A stretch of 64,000 nucleotides of DNA, from IMG/VR virus record IMGVR_UViG_3300033070_001565; one strand, 5' to 3'. How positions within the stretch are numbered: the first letter of the stretch is position 1; every line of letters begins with the position of its first letter. Made by a program: the position numbers and the translations under genes. Below, piece by piece: positions 1 to 9,145 of the stretch. Under the pieces are notes generated by a model. It saw only the letters and a program-made list of their open reading frames with translations, did no database searches and had not been told where the DNA came from. Origin of the DNA: a virus. Taxonomy: Duplodnaviria; Heunggongvirae; Uroviricota; Caudoviricetes.

Positions 1-694
1 AGAGTATGTAATTGTCTCTGATCCTCCATACGGGAACGTTGTCGATGACCCATGGGATTACTGGCCTAGCGATGATGCAACATTCGCTGCTTGGCTCTTC
101 ACATGTTTCGATGGATGGTCTCGGTGGTTGCCAGATGGCGGAGCAATGTACGTTTGGGGAGGTCTGGGTTCAAAAGGATTCAGACCATTTCCGAAATTTA
201 TCGATCTGATCGAAAGGCATACTGATTTTACTTGTCACAATCAGATTGTTTGGTCAAAGCGTCGAGCGTATGGTGTGAGCCACAATTATCTCTTCACACG
301 TCAGGAGCTCGCGTATTTCGTAAAAGGAGATCCAAAGCATCCAAGAGTGTTCAACGTTCCGCTACTTGACAAACTCAGAGGGTACGAGGGATTCGATCCA
401 GATCACCCTGCAAAGAGCGAATTCTATCGTAGAACGAATGTTTGGACTGATTTCAATGAAATCTTTCAAGGAAAGGTTCACAAGGCTCAGAAACCCGATA
501 AGGCATACGAGATTCCGATCGCTGCGTCTTCGAAAGAGGGAGATGTTATTATCGATCCGTTCGGAGGTTCTGGAGTTGCAGGGTGGGTTTCTGCCAGCAT
601 GGGAAGGAGATTTCTGATTATCGAGAAAGATCCTGTTTCGTGGCAGAATATCTGTAACAGAGTGGGAAAGCAACTTGGAGTACTGAATGTCTGA
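1..694 (+). CDS. DNA methyltransferase (beta-class, N6A/N4C type); 5'-partial, continues upstream of the window
   Basis: The frame is open from nt 2 with no upstream stop. Motif IV VIVSDPPYG lies near nt 14-40 and motif I DPFGGSGVAG lies near the C-terminus, giving the permuted beta order. Confidence 0.75.
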   Translation, partial: EYVIVSDPPYGNVVDDPWDYWPSDDATFAAWLFTCFDGWSRWLPDGGAMYVWGGLGSKGFRPFPKFIDLIERHTDFTCHNQIVWSKRRAYGVSHNYLFTRQELAYFVKGDPKHPRVFNVPLLDKLRGYEGFDPDHPAKSEFYRRTNVWTDFNEIFQGKVHKAQKPDKAYEIPIAASSKEGDVIIDPFGGSGVAGWVSASMGRRFLIIEKDPVSWQNICNRVGKQLGVLNV

Positions 695-1496
695 GGGAGA
701 GAGAGTAGTTGGAGACGCATTCGAATGGATGAGATTTTTCGCGAAACCAGCATCCTACCAGTTTGCGTACATTGATCCGCCATTCAATACTGGTCTCACG
801 CGGGTTGGAGATGCTGGTTCGTATAACGATTACTATGCGCACGAGGATTACCTCATGCAGATGCGCAGAATTCTCGTGTATCTGAGAGAGTGTCTCACCG
901 TCGATGGAGCCGTTGCAGTACATCTCGATTGGAGAGAGTGTCACTATGTCAGAGTGATTCTCGATGAAGTCTTTGGTCGAGATGCATTCATCAACGAGAT
1001 AATCTGGTCTTACGATTTTGGAGGGAGAGGAAAGCGCTGCTGGCCGAGGAAGCACGACAACATTGCTATTTATGCCCGTACACCTGGGAAGCATTATTTC
1101 GACTGGGATTCCGTTCCAAGAGTACCGTACATGATGAAACCCGGAAAAAATCCGAGATTCGTTACTGCTGAAAAGGCAGCAAAGGGAAAGGCTCTCACTG
1201 ATGTGTGGTGGAGATCTGTCATTGGAACCAACTCGTACGAGAGAACGGGATATCCAACACAGAAGCCCGTTGACATTATTCAAAGGCTCATCTCGGTGCA
1301 CTCTGGACCCGGTGGTAAGGTACTTGATGTGTTCGGTGGATCAGGTACAACAGGGGCAGCCTGCGAGGCTCTAGGGCGTCCTTACACTCTGGTTGACAAG
1401 TCCCTCCAGGCTCACGCTGTGATGGAAAAAAGATTGCAGAAATGTGCAAGCGTGACTTATCTGATTGAAAATACTGACGTCGTATCAGATATTTGA
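687..1496 (+). CDS. DNA methyltransferase (beta-class, N6A/N4C type)
   Basis: Motif IV YIDPPFNTG is followed by motif I LDVFGGSGTTG. There is an 8-nt overlap with the upstream MTase. Confidence 0.8.
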   Translation: MSEGERVVGDAFEWMRFFAKPASYQFAYIDPPFNTGLTRVGDAGSYNDYYAHEDYLMQMRRILVYLRECLTVDGAVAVHLDWRECHYVRVILDEVFGRDAFINEIIWSYDFGGRGKRCWPRKHDNIAIYARTPGKHYFDWDSVPRVPYMMKPGKNPRFVTAEKAAKGKALTDVWWRSVIGTNSYERTGYPTQKPVDIIQRLISVHSGPGGKVLDVFGGSGTTGAACEALGRPYTLVDKSLQAHAVMEKRLQKCASVTYLIENTDVVSDI

Positions 1497-1502
1497 TTTG
1501 AA

Positions 1503-1859
1503 ATGACCACCAAAAAGCTCGGTCCCACTGGTAAAAGCGCAGGTCCCAAGCTCACCCCCCGAGAAAGGTGGGCGGTGATGTTGACAGAGAGTTTCGATCG
1601 TGCAAAACGTGCTGGTAGGATCGAGCCTGAAACTGAGTTCGATGGCTTCTTGCAGTGGGTTCGCATGTCGGATGTTGAACGGTTCCAGTCAGCATGGCAA
1701 ACAGCTTGCGATAAGATTGTAGCATGGAAAAATCCTCCCCCGCCTACGACTCCTGGTACTCCCGTGGCAATGGCTGCGTTATATTCGTGGCATGGAGCCA
1801 CTGAATCCAAACGTACCACAGCCGATTCGTTTCGCAGCAAAATACAAAGATGCTGCTGA
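1503..1859 (+). CDS. hypothetical protein
   Basis: ATG ORF of 118 aa that packs tightly after the MTase. Confidence 0.35.
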   Translation: MTTKKLGPTGKSAGPKLTPRERWAVMLTESFDRAKRAGRIEPETEFDGFLQWVRMSDVERFQSAWQTACDKIVAWKNPPPPTTPGTPVAMAALYSWHGATESKRTTADSFRSKIQRCC

Positions 1860-2076
1860 AGGAGAATTCTCGCTCGACGTCGAACTTTACGTTTACGAGC
1901 CAGAGGTTAAGAAACATCTTGGGCACTTTCATGGGGGTGAGATAACGCACATTCCAATCTCTACTGAGACTCCTGTGCTCATTCTCATGCCATACGTTCG
2001 CGTTAACACGCTCGATCTCGAAAAGAAGCGTGTCTTGCGTAGTGCACTGGGCCTTGAAAACAAGACAGTGAAGTGA
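1792..2076 (+). CDS. hypothetical protein
   Basis: ATG ORF of 94 aa. It overlaps the 3' end of the previous ORF in another frame. Confidence 0.3.
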   Translation: MEPLNPNVPQPIRFAAKYKDAAEGEFSLDVELYVYEPEVKKHLGHFHGGEITHIPISTETPVLILMPYVRVNTLDLEKKRVLRSALGLENKTVK

Positions 2077-2384
2077 ACCCTCTCTGGTTTGCTCCCGTTA
2101 TAGCACTGATTGGTACGTGCAGTGCTGTAATCAATTTTTATGTCAGAAATGGTAAACTAGGAATTGCATCGAGCATAATTGCTTCGATTTTTACATCTGC
2201 TCTTTGGGTTTGCATGGTAAAATATGCAAATGGAAAGGTCATAAATACGTCTTTCATATACGATGTGTTTATGACATCGAGCTATGTTGTAGTTCTTTTC
2301 GTGCTTGAGGGAGTAAAACCAATCCAATTTATTGGAATCGCGGTGGCTTGTTTCGGCGTATATTTGATGCAACAAGGAAAATAA
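2073..2384 (+). CDS. small multi-pass membrane protein (SMR/EamA-like size)
   Basis: Strongly hydrophobic protein of 103 aa with about 4 predicted TM segments. The start codon is GTG. Confidence 0.4.
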   Translation: MNPLWFAPVIALIGTCSAVINFYVRNGKLGIASSIIASIFTSALWVCMVKYANGKVINTSFIYDVFMTSSYVVVLFVLEGVKPIQFIGIAVACFGVYLMQQGK

Positions 2385-2614
2385 TGAAACCAAAATACGG
2401 TAATGTCGTTGACATGAACGATGGCAGCGAGATAAAAGTTGTCAGTGTCGAATTTTATCAGAGCATGATTGGCAAGAAATACACTGGTGAGGTCGTATCT
2501 GCATACTCGCAAGATTGTGGAGAGTACATTGATTTCATTGTCATTTCGAAACTTCCTCTCACCACCCGTGCAAGGATCGAGTTCGCAATTGCAAAGGACA
2601 AGTGGAAGAAATGA
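2384..2614 (+). CDS. small protein, paralogue A (EFYxxxxGxKYxG motif)
   Basis: The ATG overlaps the previous TAA. The product is 76 aa and shares an EFYQSMIGKKYTGE core with the next ORF. Confidence 0.45.
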   Translation: MKPKYGNVVDMNDGSEIKVVSVEFYQSMIGKKYTGEVVSAYSQDCGEYIDFIVISKLPLTTRARIEFAIAKDKWKK

Positions 2615-2910
2615 AAAAGATCGCCGATGTACATCTTGTTACCGATTTTTCGAAAGACGGAAAACCAAGAGCGCGTACATTCGTAACCGATGAGTTTTAC
2701 TCAAAGACTTTTGGACGAAAGTATAGTGGAAAGTACGATTATATTACTTTCTACTGTCGCTATGACATGAACTTTGAAAGGCGTAAGGTAATATCGACGA
2801 GCGAAATTCCACAGTGTGATCAAGAGAGACTTCAAAAGTCAATTGAAGTTTACAAGCGGCAGCGCTTGAGCGCGCGCAAGAAGTTACGTTTTAGCTCGCA
2901 AGATCACTGA
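2611..2910 (+). CDS. small protein, paralogue B (EFYxxxxGxKYxG motif)
   Basis: ATGA overlap with the previous gene. The core is DEFYSKTFGRKYSGK. Confidence 0.45.
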   Translation: MKKIADVHLVTDFSKDGKPRARTFVTDEFYSKTFGRKYSGKYDYITFYCRYDMNFERRKVISTSEIPQCDQERLQKSIEVYKRQRLSARKKLRFSSQDH

Positions 2911-2983
2911 ATGGCGGGGATTCCCTGCCATTGCTGCATTTACGAATGAAAATTGATTCTAGCAGGAACGATAATAGAAAAGA

Positions 2984-5900
2984 ATGACCGCCCCAAAACA
3001 ATTTGTTGGTCTTCATGCACACTCGAACTTTTCAACGTTCGATGGGCTTGGATATCCTGATGAGCACCAGGCATTTGCAGTTGAGAACGGACTCGATGCT
3101 CACGCTCTCACAGACCATGGAAACATGAATGGGTTTCCTCATGCTGAGCAAAATGCTCGAGCGCTGAACAAGAAAGGTGTGAAGTTCAAGTTTCTGCCTG
3201 GTGTTGAGGCGTATTACCACCCTGATCTCTCTGACTGGCGCAAGTCTCACGCGGCAGCTGCAGAGGCCCGTAAGGCTGCGAAGAAATCTGAGATTCTCGA
3301 AGAGGACGCCGGCGTCACCGTCGAGAACGAAGAGGAGACGAAGGACACATCTCGCCCCGCTGATCCTATCAGGCGGAGGCATCACATGGTTCTCCTCGCA
3401 AAGTCTCGGCGTGGGTTGCAGAACATGTTTCAGCTCGTCTCACGCTCGTACAATGAGGGATTCTACAAGTTTCCCAGGATTGATCGTGCAATGCTGAAAG
3501 AGCATGGCGAGGATATTGTCGTCACGTCTGCATGCATTGGCGGTGCACTTGCGTACGATGTTAACGAGGCACTCAGGGGCTGCGCAACACGCGGGGCTCA
3601 CGAGCTCGATGATCCTGCAAGGATGGAAGCAGCTCTCAGATCGATTGGAAACACTGTCGATCAGATCACTGATGCTGTTGGCGTTGAGAATTTCTTTCCT
3701 GAGATTCAGTTCAATAAGCTGGACATGCAGCACACTGTGAATCGAGCTCTGCTCGAGTTCTCAAAGCGCAATGGTCTGAAGCCCGTTGCAACTGCAGACT
3801 CTCACTATTGCCGCCCAGAACTCTGGATCGAACGCGAGATCTACAAGAAGCTCGGCAGATTGAAGTTCGAGCAGATCGATCCCTCTCTGATGCCAAAGGA
3901 TAAGTCTCAGCTAAAGTGCGAGCTCTATCCAAAGAACGCACATCAGATGTGGGAAACGTACAACGAGGTGAAGCAAGAATACGATTGGTACGACGATGAA
4001 GTGATCTGCGGTGCAATCGAACGCACGTGGGATATTGCTCACAGTCTGATTGGTAACCCGAGTCCAGATACTTCGATGAAGCTTCCGAAGTTTCTTGTGC
4101 CGGAGGGAATGACTCCCCTCGCATATCTCATCGAACTCTGTAAGACAGGAATCAAAGAGAAAGGTCTTCATACAAAGAAAGAGTATGTTGACCGCTTGCG
4201 CATGGAACTTGAAACGATCAAGACGAAAGACTTTGCTCTCTACTTCATTACGATGAAATCAATCATTGACATTGCAAAGTCAAAGATGATTGTCGGGCCT
4301 GGCCGTGGATCGGCTGCAGGTTCACTGATCTGCTATATATTGGGCATTACGTCAATTGACCCAATTAAGTACAAATTGTTGTTCGAAAGATTCATTTCAC
4401 CTTCGCGAAAAGACTCTCCAGATATTGACAATGACCTATCTGATCGAGATACTCTTGTAAAATCGCTACGTTTGTCATATGGCGAAGAGAACGTGTATCC
4501 AATTCTCAATATCAACACGCTACAATTGAAGTCTCTCGTGAAAGACATCTCAAAGATGCACGGGATACCGTTCGAAGAAGTGAACGAAGCAACGAAGCGC
4601 CTCGATGAAGACGTGCGTCACAAGGCAATGCCAGAGGGTGAGAACAAGTCTCTCTTCATGCTGAAGTACGATGACTGCATGCAGTACTCTGAGCCCTTCC
4701 GCAAATTCATCACTGAGCACCCTGAAGTTGGCGATCATGTCAAAGTACTTTATCGTCAGCCCCGCGGGTTGGGTAAACATGCAGGTGGAGTCATTGTGAC
4801 TCAAGATGCCAGCAAACATATGCCTCTGATTGCAGCTGGAGGTGAAATGCGTACTCCTTGGGTTGAGGGTATGAATAGGAAAGATCTTGAGGTCTATGGG
4901 CTCATCAAATTCGACCTGCTCGGTCTCGAGACTCTGAGAATCATCGAGAACTGCGCGAGACTCATTCTCAAACGTCATGAGGGCGTCAAAAATCCAACAT
5001 GGGATCAGGTGCGTGGATGGGTTGAAAAGAATCTCGATCCCGAGACGATGGATCTCAATGATCAACGCGTTTATGAGAACGTGTTCATTGACGGGAAGTT
5101 TGCCGGCACGTTCCAGTTTACGGCAAAGCACACGCAAAAGTTTATTAAGGCGCTGCAACCGCGTTCGATTGGCGATCTGTCTGTTGCAACTTCGATCTAC
5201 CGGCCCGGTCCTCTTGCGGCAAAGGTCGATAAACTTTATATTGAAAAGAAACGCAGAGCTGAGTCTGGTGAAATTTTCAAGTATGATCACCCTGCGATTG
5301 AGAAAGTACTCGGCCGCACATACGGTTATTTGGTTTTCCAAGAACAGCTCATGCATCTTGCTGCCGAGCTTGCAGGATTCAATCCAGATGAGTGCGATAA
5401 ACTGCGTAAAGTAATCCTTAAGCGTTCAGTACAAGCCCAGGCCGGTCAGAAGGGTGAGGTCCAGATACTTGAGGACAAGTTTATTGACGGCGCTGTTGCA
5501 AACGGACTTAAACGAGAAAAAGCTGTTGCGCTTTTTGACGAAATCGCCGCAATGTGTTCATATGCATTCAACGAAAGTCACGCTGTGTGCTATAGCATTG
5601 ATTCATATCACTGCGCATGGCTCCTAACGTATTACGAGGCCGAATGGCTCTGTGCTTATGCAGAGACAATGATCGGTAATAAAGAGAACCGTGAGATCAT
5701 GATGTCAGAGGTAAAGTCTCTCGGATACACGATTGGAAACGTTGATATCAACCTCTCGTATCCAGAGTGGACAATCGACGATGTGAACAGGCGTCTCATT
5801 CCGTCATTCAAAACAGTCACAGGGATTGGTGATGCTGCAATCGAAGAGATCATGCAAAACCGCCCATACAAGGATCTCAGAGATTTGCTCTGGGAAAATG

Positions 5901-6496
5901 GCGAATGGCGTCATGCGAAGATGAACAAGCGCGTTCTTGATGCTCTGATCAAGATCGGCGGTCTCGAATCGCTGGGAATGATTGGCAAGGGTAAGCTCTT
6001 CGAGCACTCTCGACACTTGCACGAGATCGTGATTGGAAATTTCGATCTTCTACGTAAGAAAAATGGCTTCACGACGCTCATCAATCTCATCGCATCTGAA
6101 CCAGTACCGAAAGATTGGTCTCAGCAAGAGAAGCTAGAAATGATGAGATCGCTCGTCGGAAATGTCAATGTCGACGATCTTGTGTCGCAGTCAATGGTTA
6201 CAAAGCTCGCAGAGAAGGGAATTCCCTCGATTGATGAGCTCGAGCCCGGCGAGAAGCAAATATCTTGGTTCCTTGTTGCAGGATGCGAGGTAAAAAAGAC
6301 AAAAACGGGTAAGAATTACCTTAAGATATCAGCGTACGGTTCGACCTCTACTGCACGCACAATCATGTGCTGGGGTTACAAGTCGGAAGCTCCGCCAGAG
6401 ACGGGTGGTCTCTGGCTTGCAGAGGTAGAACGAAATGAGACCGGGTGGTCAACGGTCGCCTGGCGGATGAGATCAATCACTCAGTCTGCGAATTGA
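2984..6496 (+). CDS. dnaE: DNA polymerase III alpha subunit (DnaE-type, N-terminal PHP domain)
   Basis: The N-terminal PHP motif is GLHAHSNFSTFDG. The core shows PDIDNDLSDRD (catalytic Asp cluster), FDLLGL and FQEQ motifs over 1170 aa. Confidence 0.9.
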   Translation: MTAPKQFVGLHAHSNFSTFDGLGYPDEHQAFAVENGLDAHALTDHGNMNGFPHAEQNARALNKKGVKFKFLPGVEAYYHPDLSDWRKSHAAAAEARKAAKKSEILEEDAGVTVENEEETKDTSRPADPIRRRHHMVLLAKSRRGLQNMFQLVSRSYNEGFYKFPRIDRAMLKEHGEDIVVTSACIGGALAYDVNEALRGCATRGAHELDDPARMEAALRSIGNTVDQITDAVGVENFFPEIQFNKLDMQHTVNRALLEFSKRNGLKPVATADSHYCRPELWIEREIYKKLGRLKFEQIDPSLMPKDKSQLKCELYPKNAHQMWETYNEVKQEYDWYDDEVICGAIERTWDIAHSLIGNPSPDTSMKLPKFLVPEGMTPLAYLIELCKTGIKEKGLHTKKEYVDRLRMELETIKTKDFALYFITMKSIIDIAKSKMIVGPGRGSAAGSLICYILGITSIDPIKYKLLFERFISPSRKDSPDIDNDLSDRDTLVKSLRLSYGEENVYPILNINTLQLKSLVKDISKMHGIPFEEVNEATKRLDEDVRHKAMPEGENKSLFMLKYDDCMQYSEPFRKFITEHPEVGDHVKVLYRQPRGLGKHAGGVIVTQDASKHMPLIAAGGEMRTPWVEGMNRKDLEVYGLIKFDLLGLETLRIIENCARLILKRHEGVKNPTWDQVRGWVEKNLDPETMDLNDQRVYENVFIDGKFAGTFQFTAKHTQKFIKALQPRSIGDLSVATSIYRPGPLAAKVDKLYIEKKRRAESGEIFKYDHPAIEKVLGRTYGYLVFQEQLMHLAAELAGFNPDECDKLRKVILKRSVQAQAGQKGEVQILEDKFIDGAVANGLKREKAVALFDEIAAMCSYAFNESHAVCYSIDSYHCAWLLTYYEAEWLCAYAETMIGNKENREIMMSEVKSLGYTIGNVDINLSYPEWTIDDVNRRLIPSFKTVTGIGDAAIEEIMQNRPYKDLRDLLWENGEWRHAKMNKRVLDALIKIGGLESLGMIGKGKLFEHSRHLHEIVIGNFDLLRKKNGFTTLINLIASEPVPKDWSQQEKLEMMRSLVGNVNVDDLVSQSMVTKLAEKGIPSIDELEPGEKQISWFLVAGCEVKKTKTGKNYLKISAYGSTSTARTIMCWGYKSEAPPETGGLWLAEVERNETGWSTVAWRMRSITQSAN

Positions 6497-6503
6497 GCTA
6501 CAA

Positions 6504-7064
6504 ATGGCAAAGCAAAAGAAAAAATCTTCAGATCCCAATCAGCTTAGAACTCTTGTTGTCGATGCGTCGTACCAACCAATTCGTCTGTGCCCATCAATCA
6601 GGGCGTTCTTGCTCCTCATGAGGAATGCAGGAGAGGTTGTCGAATCTTGGGATGTCGAGCTCGCTCCGGGTATCTATGCGCCCGCCGTTATCCGTCTCAA
6701 GCGTACAGGTGCTGGGATCTGGCTCCGCGCAAAACGTACAAAGTTCCGCCGTGAGGTTGTCTTCACTCGCGATTCGTGGACTTGCCAGTATTGTAGCGCA
6801 AGCGTTACGAACAAGAATGCCACAATCGATCATGTGCTTCCACGTAAACACGGGGGAGATACTTCATGGCAAAACTGTGTCACATGCTGCCTTTCTTGTA
6901 ATTCGAAGAAGGGATCAAAACTTGGAATGCAGCCGCTCAGGAAGCCTGCAACTCCGGATCCTCTTCACTTTCACGGCGCAAAGGGTACAAAACGTCACCC
7001 TGCATGGAAAGATTACGTCAATGAGGATGTACTTAAGGCAGTATGCGGAACAATGACCGTCTGA
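6504..7064 (+). CDS. HNH endonuclease
   Basis: The HNH zinc-finger-like motif is CQYCSA...TIDHVLPRKHGG...WQNCVTCCLSCNSKKG. Confidence 0.8.
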   Translation: MAKQKKKSSDPNQLRTLVVDASYQPIRLCPSIRAFLLLMRNAGEVVESWDVELAPGIYAPAVIRLKRTGAGIWLRAKRTKFRREVVFTRDSWTCQYCSASVTNKNATIDHVLPRKHGGDTSWQNCVTCCLSCNSKKGSKLGMQPLRKPATPDPLHFHGAKGTKRHPAWKDYVNEDVLKAVCGTMTV

Positions 7065-7339
7065 TCGACTCTTACGTGCGAAGAATCGTCGCAGAAGCAG
7101 TCGATACTGATAAGAAATTTTCTAAAGTCGATTACGACAGGGTTGCTCATGAGCTTGTGAGCAAGTATGGCAAGACCACCGAAGTTGGCTGGGAGGTTGT
7201 TGCTGTCAAAACTTTCGTAAAAGCTGAGCACAGCGTTGGCAATGAGTGGGACGAAAAGAAGCTCATTGACGCTGTACGCAAATGCCATGAGGAGAACATG
7301 GAGGCAGTGGCCGATGCCAACGTTCAAAGAATTTATTAA
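7043..7339 (+). CDS. small protein with YVRRIVAEAV N-terminal leader (capsid-targeting-like)
   Basis: N-terminus is MRNNDRLIDSYVRRIVAEAVD, the same leader as the 8-paralogue family. Confidence 0.4.
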   Translation: MRNNDRLIDSYVRRIVAEAVDTDKKFSKVDYDRVAHELVSKYGKTTEVGWEVVAVKTFVKAEHSVGNEWDEKKLIDAVRKCHEENMEAVADANVQRIY

Positions 7340-8042
7340 TGAGATTTCGACGACTCCTGTAAAAGTGCTCGTTCACGATGAGATGAACGATACTGATACT
7401 GAGATCGTTGGATCTGGAGACGATGAAGAATTCAAACTGCCGCTTCCGCAGAGATTCGCAGGTCACCAAGCAAAGTTCGCAGGGTGCGTTTCATCTCATC
7501 TCTGCGTTCTTGCAAGTTTTGCACGTGCAATACATCTTTACGCTCACAGCGCCCACGTGAGCGTAAAGGGACAAACCTTCATGCAAGATCACGAATTTCT
7601 TGGAGATGTATACTCGGCGGCCGGGGATACTGTCGATTCTCTCTTTGAACGTGCGATTGGAACAGGCGGAGACGGTCCCGGTCATGTCCTAGCTCACATG
7701 AAGGTGTGCGCAGAGATACTCAGAGAGCACTGTTGCGACACATGCTGCGGAGTTGGAGTCAATTCGATTCTCTCACGCACCGAGTCTCTCATCAAAGAAT
7801 TCGTTGAGATGATCTCTCACGTCAGAGAATCTTGTGAACTATCTGACGGTACCGATAATCTTCTGTGTGATATCGCAGACAAGTACGAAGTAACTTTGTA
7901 TAAGCTGCAGCAGCGTCTGGCTTTACAGGGATACTCAATCGTTTCCTCCTCGAGCGTTTACCGAGGAGCCCATACTCAATATCGATCGAGCTCAAAGGCG
8001 GCCCGAAGAGCTCAGCCATGTCATATTGAGTCTGCACAATGA
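7314..8042 (+). CDS. Dps/ferritin-like protein (start uncertain)
   Basis: The segment AIHLYAHSAHVSVKGQTFMQDHEFLGDVY resembles the Dps ferroxidase helix pair. The ATG at 7314 is in frame with the longer ORF starting at 7236. Confidence 0.4.
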   Translation: MPTFKEFINEISTTPVKVLVHDEMNDTDTEIVGSGDDEEFKLPLPQRFAGHQAKFAGCVSSHLCVLASFARAIHLYAHSAHVSVKGQTFMQDHEFLGDVYSAAGDTVDSLFERAIGTGGDGPGHVLAHMKVCAEILREHCCDTCCGVGVNSILSRTESLIKEFVEMISHVRESCELSDGTDNLLCDIADKYEVTLYKLQQRLALQGYSIVSSSSVYRGAHTQYRSSSKAARRAQPCHIESAQ

Positions 8043-8073
8043 AAATAAGTGTTTCCATGGAGATAATGTAAGT

Positions 8074-9129
8074 ATGAAAATTGCCATCACGGGTGTTGCA
8101 GGTCTCATTGGTTCTTGGCTTTCTCGTCACGCTCTGGATCTCGGTGACTCTGTCGTTGGATTCGATGACCTTTCTTCTGGCTACCAATCGAACATTGACA
8201 ATAGAGTAAAATTCATCCAGACGAATGTTGCGAGTGCGGCAAACAGTACTCTTTCAAAGGACTTGTTCGGTTGTGATATTGTGTACCACGCCGCTGCAAC
8301 TGCTTATGAGGGCCTGTCTGTTTTCTCTCCAACAACAATTACGAATAACATTATCACCGGCACTACGAATCTCATTACCGCAGCAGTAAATGCCCGAGTT
8401 GGCATGTTCGTGAACATGTCATCAATGGCACGTTATGGACACGGAGATGGTAAATCGTTTTTCAAAGAGACTGATGATTGTCACCCCGTTGATCCGTACG
8501 GAATGGCAAAGTATTTTGCAGAACAGCAAATGCAGATGATTGCATCTCTACACGGGATCAAGTGTATTACTGTTGTGCCTCACTCTGTGAATGGTCCCGG
8601 ACAGAAGTACGATGACCCTTACAGGAATGTTGTGTCGATCATGGCGAACCTCATGCTACAGGGGAGACAGCCATTCATCTATGGCACTGGTGAACAGAAA
8701 CGTGGTTTCTGTGATGTCAGAGATGTCGTGCCAATGATCTATCAGCTTGGATTGTTGAGGTCAGAGATGTCAGATCATGACAACAGCGAAGTGTACAACG
8801 TTGGATTCGACCGACCTGAGGATTTTGTAAGTATCAATGAACTTGCGAGGCTCGTGGCTGCCGAAGTTGGATTTAGTGATCTTAGACCCATTTACATGCC
8901 GGGCCGGCCGGCTGAGGTAAAGATCGCGAATTGCTCATCTGATAAGATCAGAGCGTACTTTCGCGGAAACATCGAGAGAAATATTACTCTCCATGAATCC
9001 GTGCATGATATTGTAGAATCAATCAAAGCGACTGGAGTAAAGCCATTCAGCTACAAGCACATTGGTGTTGAGATTGAGAATTCGAAAAAGCTGAATTGTC
9101 CCGTGACTTGGAAAAATAAGATGTTCTGA
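8074..9129 (+). CDS. NAD-dependent epimerase/dehydratase (extended SDR)
   Basis: Rossmann motif MKIAITGVAGLIGSWL and catalytic YGMAKYFAE (YxxxK). Confidence 0.8.
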   Translation: MKIAITGVAGLIGSWLSRHALDLGDSVVGFDDLSSGYQSNIDNRVKFIQTNVASAANSTLSKDLFGCDIVYHAAATAYEGLSVFSPTTITNNIITGTTNLITAAVNARVGMFVNMSSMARYGHGDGKSFFKETDDCHPVDPYGMAKYFAEQQMQMIASLHGIKCITVVPHSVNGPGQKYDDPYRNVVSIMANLMLQGRQPFIYGTGEQKRGFCDVRDVVPMIYQLGLLRSEMSDHDNSEVYNVGFDRPEDFVSINELARLVAAEVGFSDLRPIYMPGRPAEVKIANCSSDKIRAYFRGNIERNITLHESVHDIVESIKATGVKPFSYKHIGVEIENSKKLNCPVTWKNKMF

Positions 9130-9145
9130 GATATGATGCGAGTAC

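Noticed and set aside
618-1301. 227-aa minus-strand ORF
   Set aside because: It is antisense to the two methyltransferase genes, whose motifs are unambiguous.
4550-5356. 268-aa minus-strand ORF
   Set aside because: It is antisense inside dnaE.
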